Source: Lepidodermella squamata (taxonomy: Eukaryota; Animalia; Gastrotricha). Taken from it: DNA of 64,000 nucleotides. The position numbers were made by a program, and so were the translations under genes. Each line of letters starts with the position of its first letter. The stretch's first letter is position 1. Location of the stretch: NCBI GenBank assembly GCA_047495785.1, contig JBLDXI010000054.1:4216001-4280000 (forward strand), in the 5' to 3' direction. This document shows positions 53,501-64,000 of the stretch, in pieces. A model generated the notes under the pieces. It was not told the DNA's origin and did not search any database. It was given only the letters and a program-made list of their open reading frames with translations.

Positions 53501-54104
53501 CTCTACGAGGATGAGTGTGAAGACGGTGAGGGTGATGATGGTGCCGATTTCAAGCGGTCAGAGAGTGTCGACAATATGGACGCCGATGAAGATGAAGAAT
53601 TGGAGATAGTACTGTATCCTCGTAACGGTCCCGATGACGGCTCTTCCGATAACAATGCTTCAGCTGGAAACGGTGTCAAAAACGAGCCTTTTTCCGATAG
53701 CTATCAGAGGTAATACCAAAAACTATAAATCCAGAATCGGTGAATTTGGTTGGAAGCACTTGGTCCAAAAAAACTACATGAAGGCTACTAAAATTGTCAG
53801 AACTTCAATATTTAATATACTCTTCCTTCTCTGTTTCAGTAAAGACGACAAGAACTGTCCCGGAAACACCTGCGATTCGATGGCTAGTCGTTCACAATCT
53901 AGCACCGGCGACGACCGTGATGGCGATGTATCGGCAGATAATGACGAAGCAGAGAAGCAGAATGAGAAGCGCGACAACTCCCGCCCAGCTCGTCGATGCA
54001 AGGAAGACGCGCCATGTGACATCAGAACCAACAAACGGCACAACGCTGTATCAGTGTATGAGACGAGCGAAGTTTGTATCGTTTCTGGTTCGAAGACAAG
54101 CTAA
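50561..54104 (+). CDS. FOXP: Forkhead box P transcription factor (Q-rich, C2H2 finger, leucine zipper, forkhead; multi-exon)
   Basis: [11 protein letters not shown]...H finger, [17 protein letters not shown] zipper, [55 protein letters not shown]; start codon tentative. Confidence 0.96.
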
Positions 54105-55770
54105 AAACTGTCAGTGCTTTGCAACCTTGGCCAAGCAGAATGATGAACTAGTTCTATTTTCTGCGAAAAACAATTATAGGATTGCAACGGATAAGTTATT
54201 TCTTGTATCTGCCGTGAGGTTGTTCCAATTGTCTCCGGTCGCTTAGGCCTATCTACTCTGCACCACGTTAAATTTGATGAAAATAGCTCATCGCCGATTC
54301 TAGCGAGGATAAGCAATCATTAAAAAATTGTATCGAAAATCCACTTTGGCCGTATTTTCTCATGTTTACCTCGTCTTCTGTCGCAAATTTTACTTCGGCT
54401 ATTTGCGGTTTCACATTTATTCGGTGTTGATGTTGAGTTATTATAACGTGACTGCATTCGATAAATTATGCGAAGTCGATACGAGGCGCTCTTGAGTCGT
54501 TACATGTTTAGTTGTTTTGTTGTAAACTTCTACTAATCTAGATGTTGTTATTAAAGGTGGCGTTTTCTCTGGAGGAGATACACGGTTAAAATATATACAG
54601 TAGTCTATCTCTCGCTCTCGCGCTCTCTCTCATCGGAAACTCGATTTTCGCATTGTATCATTAATCGTTCCGTGCTGGTCATCTGTCATTCTCCCACATT
54701 CAAACAATATTTTGAGAACGATGAGTTCATTGTGTTTGAAAAAATCATTATACCAGTTGCTATACCTCAGGCTTTTCGTTGTACCTTCGTGATTTGTGAT
54801 TTTCGTAATACCGTACTCCTAAAATGATGGATAAATATATTTTGTTCGGTTCTTCTATTTTCTACTTCGGAAATGTGAGTGAGATGTAAAGTGTGTGCGA
54901 TCAATAGTAGCAATCGTCACTGCAGATGATGAAAATCCAACTAAGGCGGATGCAGATTCTTTTTTTGGAAGCGCCGTCAGAAATACTACAATAAAGCAGT
55001 TGGTAATTTCATGTTCGTTTCCTGAATCTTCTTAATCAGAGAAGTTCATTGACAACCTATTTATGTAGTGAACCTGATCATGCGTGTCTTTGCGTAACGG
55101 TTTCGCTATCTCGATTGCTTATAAATCATTACTTATTTGCTTGCGAAGACAAAGTTATTTTTTTATTGTTTTGGAAGACACATAAGAAGTAAAGTCATTT
55201 TATAAAAAAATTGTGTTGCTTGATTTCAACTTGATTTCCCCTAGAAACCTTAAAACAAAACCGCTGATACGCTTTGAAAATCGAGTGCACATTTATTTTT
55301 CGGTAGAACATACTAAATTATACAAATTTAGACAAGAAAATGTCGACGCGAGAAGAAGATACGTGACGCCAACTTCGGCTACAGAAAATTAATCAAGAAT
55401 CATAATAGGCCGGATACTTCACACAAATTTGGGAATGCATCACCCATTGCAGTAGCAAGTACATTGCACCGTAATTTTCGATGCTATGCCAAGCAAATAC
55501 CAACATGTGGCCGTATAAAGAGGTTGCAATGAATATACCGATTTTGATGATGAAAACAGACCGAAAATAAAGCTAGCCAAAACGATCACAAGTATTACAT
55601 CAATTGTCTACTAGATAGAATGAGAATAGAATCATGCTTTGAACATGGATAATGATTTGCCATATCGATTCTTCTATTGCACATGGGCAATTTTTCATTA
55701 GTACAATCAAACAGGTTTAAAATAACGGTCATCACGTGGTTAAGAAAGCGTAGCCTGGTGAGTGTAACAA

Positions 55771-56875
55771 CTACAAATCTTTCTTGATTCTGCTCGCTGT
55801 CATGCGATAAATAATACCGTCTTTACCGGGGTCCATAAACCAGATACAATAAGCTACGCTGGCGATGGTTAGGCCCATGGCGATCATGAACCACAGAATA
55901 ATATTAAAAATAACGGGATAGTCGTCACTGTAGGTAATACCGACGTTTAATTCTTTGGGAGAGGGTTCTCCAAGTGCGCCAGTGGACGCGGGTTTTTCTC
56001 CCGCCTGACGTCTCACACGCTCAAGTCCTTTGCCAGATTCAGATAAAGAGACGATGGCTACCACCACAACGTCTTCACCAAGGCTTGAGACAAGGTTCTG
56101 AACGAAGCCATCTATTAGCTCCTCTGTGCCTGGAACTAATGCCATCTTTGGAGCTGAAACAAAAATTGGTCCCTGTCGATGATTAGCGCTAATTGACTTC
56201 ACCTGTAAATCGTAAGTATATCGTAAGCAAGATAATGCAATAGACAGTGACTTACCAGTTCTTCAACCTCCGACAGAGCCAACGAAACTTGCAATGGCTC
56301 AGGCGAGGCACTCGCATCGGAAGACATATCAATGGCATGAACGAGGTCGCCGAAGAAGGCCGTCACATCGGAGAACAGTTTTTGCGTGTTCACCGGCGAT
56401 GAAGTCTGTCCACAACACATATACACGTTCATAAAATGGCAAATACAAACGACTAGTACCTGAACTGAAGATGCATAGGATTGCAGTTTCATAGAGTCAG
56501 CTGATTCAAACGGCAAAATCACAAAGTTCTTCGGAGACTTCAAGCTTGTTTTCACAACTTCGATCCCCAACTTCTGCTGAAAAAATGCACATTCAACTTA
56601 GCAATCAATTGCAACCGCAAAATTACGCTACATTTGAGGCAGGCATGCCAGACATGCCTTTGATCAGAGACAAAAACTCATCACCATCAATTGACGTGAC
56701 TCCTTCGAGACGGTACCTCAGATAAGAAGGCGTATTTATAAATGCCACTTGGTTCGCGGTCGCAACTGCATATAGAAGTCAAAATGTGATAATAAATATT
56801 GAAATGAAACTATATCACAAACTGACCTGCAACGCAGGCTGCAGCTAAAATCGTTAGCAAATGAACCCTTCGCAT
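55771..56875 (-). CDS. ATP6AP2: ATP6AP2/(pro)renin receptor, V-ATPase accessory subunit (multi-exon)
   Basis: Signal peptide MRRVHLLTILAAACVA, furin-like RVRR, Y..DYPVIFNIILW transmembrane segment and MDPGKDGIIYRMT tail. Confidence 0.92.
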
Positions 56876-59242
56876 CCTAACGATTCCTATATTTTAATTA
56901 GGAAATTTGATAGACATATATATATTCAAGAGGCTTTTCATAAAATAGCAGGCAACTCTTTCTTCTCTACTTTTTCCGATTTTTCTCTGGTGGTTTGAGT
57001 AGTTCGAGTTGCCGACCCAAACATACATAGCGGTTCTCGCGTCTGGTAAGCTAGGATCTGAGACTGAAGTACCTATCATACGGCAATACGAATACAGGCA
57101 GCGGATAGAATTTATGAGCGCCGCCGCCTGTCTACTCGTGAATACTGGGGCTTCAGCTTCAGGTTGAGGGCGTTAGAGCCGCCGCACACGGGTATTGCGA
57201 CACAAATAGTAATTAAAATAAATAAGAAAAAATATATTGCGGCTCTACTGTGAACTGCGATATATTGAGTCGTATCCTCGAAAATTTGAGGAGAATCCTA
57301 GATGTCCTAGAGGGCCTTCGGGCTTCCAATGAAATTTCTTTTTTCGAGGTCCAAGCCGAGTAACGTTAACGCAGCTGGAGGAGTGCCGTTGGCATTTTAA
57401 GCCGTGGTTTTCGGGAATACCACCGATAAACAGCAATGCGATCACAAAAACATGATATTCGCACATTGGGATTTACTCTGAGAGGCATATGAATTATCCT
57501 GAGAAGGACCAACTGATTCATCAACGCACAATAAACATGCAACAGGCCTCCTACAATGGGGTACGAAGTATTCAACACTTGGTCCAGTGTTTCCCGCATT
57601 CAATTGGACTGCCTTCAATTACTGAGTTAAGGCTCGGGTATCTCTCTTCGACTCCGGCCTCATAAAATATGAGAAGTTGCACTGAGTGTCACCTATCCTT
57701 TTTCACGCGCCTCAAACGCTAAATAGAATCACGCACTTTGGTTTCAATTGCTTTTGAAAAGCAACTGAAGCATATCAAATATAAAATATCAAGCAAATCC
57801 TCGAGATGATTTGGTATTTGGCGCATCTATGAATCAAGAGTTTATGTAATTGGGAAGCTTATCTGGGTTAATTCATTCATTTTTATAACCGCCTGCTGTC
57901 TCGGAATGAAAGTCCCATCTAGGCGGGTTTCCGGAAGCTCCGAGCCCGTCAAATCGATTATTGGGGCCAGCAAGGATACAAAATCAGAAGCTAAAATCTA
58001 GGAGCTTTGATATGAATCACTGCCTCTAATGCTGCTTAGCAAGTAACATTTCAAATTTCAATGTTTCGTGATCATGCTCTCTGGACGCAATAGGAGAACT
58101 TGGATGAAATGTAGAATGGCTGGGCTCTAAGCGAGCAGAAAACTTCCACGACGAGCAGTATGTTAACTCTTCGTGGTAATCTGCCTAAATTCCGTGCCAG
58201 GTTCAGCACACATTATCAGTCGCAACTCAAGAATCAGAAATCAAGCGACCGCCCTGAGGGCCCCAGAAACCTGTCTTCTCGCCTCTCGAAAAAAGCTAAC
58301 CAAAATCTCCCGGCACAATTTCAGTCAAAACAAACTTGAAGCATAAATATAATTATTTTTCAACAGGCTGGTGAAAGTTCAAGTAAATTGTTAAACAGAA
58401 TTTGACTGCGGAAAAATGATTTATCTCCCAAATCCGCGCGCGAATGCGCGCTTAGTTTCAAGTCTTGAGGTCAGGATCTCTCGGCGATTGATGATAGGCA
58501 ATGCGTCGTCGTGATGACCTTGAGATGCCTTTGAATGCAGAGAGAGTTGAAATGGTTGTAGAATCAATGGCGTGATCAAATATCTTCAACTTGACACCCA
58601 GTCGTCATTCATAGTGGACATTCTCATTGTAAAGGCGCAGGGCGCAGCGTGTACCGACTGGCGAAGAAACTAAGATACATAGATTTTACAACATGCTTTT
58701 ACTTGTGCATTGAAGGATATGAACTGAAACACATAATGTGCTAGTTTTTTAAGTTTTATGCTCAAAGTAATCAAATTGTTTTATGATACTTCATGAGCAT
58801 GGAAAGGAATATTTGGGATTCCATCGGAGACATCTTGCCGTTGCGAGGAGAAAATAAAAAGAAAATACGAACACACGTGCCAGTCCGAGTTGGCAGTCTA
58901 AAATTGCCAATACTTACCCTGCCATCTGTAAAAAAGTAAGTAAAACTCCACTAATTCCATGTTGACTTCGGTTAGACATAAACTCGTAGGTTAGATAGGG
59001 TCAGCTTGACAATTCAGGTCTTATTTCTCATTTCATTAGAAGGCAAAGCATAGCCACATTTTTACCTGTATCCGATAAAATCAACTCCACAATGCTGAAT
59101 AATCTCGATGGTTAGGTAGAAATATATCAGTACTGTGCGACGAGTGGGCATCGCGGGCGCAGCTCTTTTAACATAGTGTTTCATTCTTAATTTTGCTCGT
59201 TGCGCTGTCAAATTCATAATAAAAGTTGAAAATTAATTACAG

Positions 59243-60063
59243 GAGAACATTGCCTCTTCCCCGTTCGCATTATGAAGCCGTTTTTGGAACTGAAGCGCGC
59301 GGCATGGAATCTCCCAAGTTTTTATCTCTCTCTGCGACGAATATCCTACAAACAGTAGCTGCATCTTGCTTATCCCTTGGTGTGAATAAAGCTGCTGCAC
59401 TACTAACGGAACGCATTGACTCTGAGCAAGCGGTCGATGATTCTAGTGATAATTCTAATGACATAATGTCGGGTGAAATGTCTGGCGAAAACGATCATCG
59501 TAGTGAGTCAGTTTCGCAAATCCTTACTTTGAAGAGAAAAATGCGCGTTCCTGAAGACTTGATTGCAATTCAGAACAATGACATTGGCATACATGATGCG
59601 GAAACTATTTATCCGATTGCCACGAATGCTGGCTTCAAGGTTCGAACTGTAGCTGAATTGAAACGTAAAACTTTCATGGAAATGCTAACTAAAAGCGATC
59701 ATAACGCTTTTTTCAAATCCCTGGGTTTGCGGCGTAAGCAATCACTCAACCCTTCCAAATGCACTGCTATGCATGAACTTATCGACTGTCAATCACCTGA
59801 TAAAATTTGGATTGGGAACCGTCTATGTGATCGAAAGTTAGGTATGTGTTCATCTAATTCCTTAGACTTGCTCAGTTGATATGCTTATTTTGCAGTTTCG
59901 AAGCAAGTTCTCTGCCTCGCATCGTCCGATGGCTTCATCACGGATCGTTCAATATGTCAAATATCGAGAAATGAACGGAAAACTAAAGCTAGGCTGTTGC
60001 CATGAATTACACTCCCTTCATTCAATGGATGTCTTCTCCTGGTCGTCGCTGCCTTTCATTTGA
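59243..60063 (+). CDS. Possible exons of an unidentified gene
   Basis: ~200-codon open frame after an acceptor (ttacag), followed by a GT-AG intron (~59842-59895); no recognised domain. Confidence 0.35.
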
Positions 60064-60217
60064 TTTATACTCAATTTTACAGAATTTTTACAAGTAATCA
60101 GTAAAGATGAAAGAAATAAAAGTATGATTTGAAGGAAAACGAACCGTTTAGTACTGAACTTTTTAGATTCTAAATATTTAATTCAGCGATTTTAATTTCT
60201 CCCAAATAACCGTTATA

Positions 60218-60636
60218 CCGTAAATTGGGGTGACTTTGCACAGTGGGGTGACATTAGCTTACCAAAATGGGGTGACTTGAGCATATCAAAAATCGAAGGT
60301 AGATAGGTAAAGACCCCATGAGTAGGGTACCGTTGAATAGCCTGAAAGACGGGTTCTCCGAAAATGGCATATGATTTTCATTTATGAGGCGGACTGGGTT
60401 GAGCAGCGACGGAAGTTCTACCGAAAATAACAAAATTCGACAATTTTACCCAAACCTTACCTCTAATTTCTTGTCCCGAAATAGGTTGTATTGATGTGCA
60501 TTGTACATATCTAGAGTGGCCTTTTCTTGGGCTATCCAACAGTACCCCACTCATCGGGTCTTAACTTATCCACCTTCGATTTTTGATATGCTCAAGCCAG
60601 CCCATTTTGGTAAGCTAATGTCACCCCAAGTTACGG
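60218..60636. mobile_element. MITE with ~110-bp imperfect TIRs in a TA context (Tc1/mariner/pogo-like)
   Basis: TA|CCGTAAATTGGGGTGAC...GTCACCCCAAGTTACGG|TA; arms share ATTAGCTTACCAAAATGGG..TTGAGCATATCAAAAATCGAAGGT in inverted orientation. Confidence 0.88.
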
Positions 60637-61023
60637 TATATATCGCTTGCGAGAAATTTGCCTTTGTACCTGGGTTTTCTCATCTGATGCTTTTGTTTTC
60701 AAGTTGACCATTTACTATTATATCTGCACTAGAAGATAGTTAACTAAAAAGTCAGTTTTCGTGGTACGAATACACATTTTATTAGGAAACACCTATCAAA
60801 GCAAAGTTCAAATTGTGCAGACGCACGTTCAAACTTGTCCGCCAAGTCAGCCAAAATTATCAGAGAACAAAAGAGCTACCGCAGAAAGACTAAATAACCT
60901 AATAAGATGCGATGGTTTTATAATTTTTCTCCGCAGCAACAACATGCAAGACGTGTACAAACATTTTATCGCTAAAACAGATCCATAACCCCCAATCGGT
61001 AAAATTATTAACAGCGTTTGAAT

Positions 61024-63115
61024 TCAACGCGCGACAAGAAGGTCTGTGGCACGCTGCTGGACGGTTGCAACCTGTGGGTTGATGAACGATAAGTATGAGA
61101 TATTGAATTCCAACTTTAACTAACCGTTCGGCCATAAGTCCAAACATCACCTCGAACACGCTTACGGCGAATGCCTACGGAGTATCCGTTGGTTGCAGAC
61201 GCAGAGTCATTACCCATCGAAGAGGAAGTCGAGGATGAGTGTGACTGGAGAACCACAACTTCCAACGCGAACATAAGCTGAGCCTTACCCCAGTCGTTAT
61301 TGATGGTACATTGCAATTTCCAATCGTTGATGTTGTCATATCGAACTTGCACGATTTCTTCAAGGGCTCGTCGCAGTGCAGACATGACGCACTCGCATTG
61401 AGAAACAATCGACCTGTATAATTGGCGCACATTTTTTCGTGAACGACGGAGCATTTTGCTAGTTACTTACTCAGAACCAAGAGAGGGAACGTTGATGCAA
61501 GTAATGTCATGACCTAAAATGTATCGAGATAACAGAGTCATCATATCCTTCTTCTAAATCAACTCACCAACAGCGCCACGAATGACGCGTGGATGGCCCT
61601 GTGAAGCGGACGGAGCGCGCCTGTGCATTGATACTGCCCCGTTCTGAAATATATCCCCATCACCAATAGGGCGCTTGATCTTAGAATGTGGAGTGAAAAA
61701 GTTTCGAATTGACGCAATAAAACGGCGACCAGGTGTAGCCGACGGCGAAGCCACTGCGTTGGCACCTGAAACAGGGTTCCCTGGCACGACTGTGCGCAAA
61801 TTGCTTGACTGCTTCAACTTCGCCGTGTTGAAGTTTGCAGTAGGCGTAGCATTGTTAACCGCTGATGAGCCGACGGTTGGTGGGGTTGAACCTGGTTTGC
61901 CATAAGAACGGTGAGCAGTGGGCGAGGCCAAAATCATCGAATCTACGGACCCGCTACGGCCAGGAGACTTGTCCGAGTTCGGTATCACAATTTGGGTTGT
62001 TGACGGATTCACGATTATCGAATCAATGGATCGCGAAGGCATCAAGGGAGATAGAGATGATCCTTTGGCAGCGGCGTGGCTGATTCGGTCTGTGATAGGT
62101 GTCAGGGTCTTACCAATGTGACCTGTGGTTGCAGGCAGAAAGACATGCGCAGCTTGGTTGGCGCCTGAAGACTTGCAAGCAGCTCGATTTTTAGCAGCGG
62201 GCGCTAGGATAATGATAAATTAAGGTGCATAAAGTGAGTACACAAATTAGAGCCTGCATTTTGCGAATTCGAATATGTACTAAAAAACCTGCTCTATTGT
62301 GGAAAATGGCCTCCATATCACGAACATGAAAAGAGAAATACATGCTACCTGAAAACGCCATTTGGCCAGTCGGCGAGTACTGAGGATGGGCTGTAGGCGG
62401 TGCAACATTTTCCTTGCTAGAAATGCTGTTTTCAGACAACCATCCGCTTGTCGAGTCGTCTTCAACACTGTATTCGCTGTTTTGATCGAAAGACGAGCCA
62501 TGAGGAGCAAGAGGCTTCCGGAAGTTTTCGGCTTGGCGTGGTGAAATGGCATCATTACTTGCAGCGTGGGATATCCCAGTAGGTCCAGCACTGTTCGGGA
62601 ATACGGATTCTTGGAACTCTGGCTCCTGATTAGCGCTATGCTCCAGAGCGCCCATTGACGATGGTACAGTCATCGGTATATGGCGGGTGGTGGATTCACG
62701 CAGACGCCAATTCATACGCGTCCCGTTAGAGCTCAACTTGCGGCGCCACAGTAATAAATATACAGCTGTCACCTCATTATATGGCCATGTTTTGGGATCC
62801 CGGGAAAGAATAGCCAAAAGAGAGTCGTAGGATATTCCGAGCTTTACAACGAGCTGAAAAAAGGGAGACAATGATTTGACATGATTTGCATGTTGTTCAA
62901 TTACTTACCTCAAACATAACTTCCCTATCAGGCATCTTCAGTTTTTCCATGTACCCGCTTTCCCAACGGACTGGGATCATGGATCCTGTATTGGGCTCGG
63001 TCTGGCGAGCAGATTGTTGTGTCTTCGGATACGTGAAAAATGAATTGGCGTTGGATTGGCAGAGCCAAGGATGCACGAGTAATTGTCGGACAGTGATGCG
63101 GCGGCGTGGATCGAC
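61024..63115 (-). CDS. MELK: MELK-like AMPK-related kinase, 3' part (kinase C-terminal end, UBA, KA1); 5' exons lie beyond the window
   Basis: VDPRRRITVRQLLVHPWL, PVRWES, WPYNEVTAVYLLL, KA1 LQCT..DWGKAQLMFALEV..VGIRRKRVRGDVWTY; last exon 61071-61024. Confidence 0.85.
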
Positions 63116-64000
63116 CTAATCAATTTATAAAATGCGCATGTAACATCTCTGAACAACCATTCTTTGTTCGTTTAGACAGTAAAATTATAATGTTAAGTCT
63201 ACACTTTTGGATCGAGCCACCCGAAAAAGTCCAGTTTAGACAACTTTCACAGTATAACGCTGGGATTTTGGCTACCTGGTACCCTGAGACGAGAAAATTA
63301 AAAATTCACAATGTTGGCTTTTAAGGCTGCCAATTGTCGAAAGATCACTGATGTTGGTATTGGATTTGCGTTATGGTGTATAACTAGTTACCTGACCGCA
63401 AATAGTTTCAAATACGTGTAATCGTTAGAGCTTAGATCTATTGGATAGGCGTCGTAATACCAAATTTAGGAAGACTTCAAACGAAAAACCTTGTGGGGAG
63501 ATTTATCTCGCATAATTTTCAAAAAATGTCAGACATTTTCATCCCTCTGAAATTCGGCTCGATTCGCTTGCTCATGGACGTACTGTTGTCTATCAGGTCA
63601 GCCTATCAATAGCTCCTATCAGTTACGATTTTCTATTTTCTATTCTATTTCATTCAGAAGAAAAATTACTATCTCGCGATGCTTGATGGTCTGCTGCCAC
63701 GGATCCGAATGGTGATTGTGCCCTTTGCTAACGTATATTAACTGATATTTCTACACACTACACATATCAAGTATGGCCTCATATTTCATAATAGTAGGCC
63801 AATTACGATAATGAATAAAACAATTGCGATTGAACGAAGTGGAAAAATAGTGTCAAATATCAGATCGATTTAAACGAAGCGAACTTCGGATTTCGATGAT
63901 ATATAGTTCAGCTAGCGAAACTTACATTAAGCAATTGCCTTAGCAGGGTTATGCTGCCCTCACTCAGAAACGAGGGCACATGGAAGCGACCATGCAGAAT

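Noticed and set aside
53198-53840. Mutually exclusive alternative forkhead exon as in other FoxP genes
   Set aside because: The intron after ATWK is present, but no second NA(I/V)R.NLSL-type exon is visible nearby

Overview
Eukaryotic (invertebrate animal) genomic DNA with compact genes and mostly ~45-60 nt GT-AG introns. Host genes in order: threonyl-tRNA synthetase (+), Rab30 (+), class I myosin (+), BAZ2/Toutatis-like chromatin regulator (-), an orphan intronless ORF (-), RING1/RNF2 (+), two-box HMGB/DSP1-like protein with polyQ tail (+), a divergent Na+/K+-ATPase alpha-like P2C pump (+), FoxP (+), ATP6AP2 (-), and the 3' part of MELK (-). Mobile DNA: two MITEs, a decayed CR1/L2-type LINE, and a ~4.96 kb element (43313-48271) bounded by helically phased CTACGG arrays. 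This element carries two intact spliced genes: a PB1-like/RS-rich/Myb-like protein and a PB1-like/zinc-finger/tyrosine-recombinase/AT-hook protein. It is the best candidate for an undescribed system. All domain calls come from manual motif recognition and manual splicing; no database searches were run.
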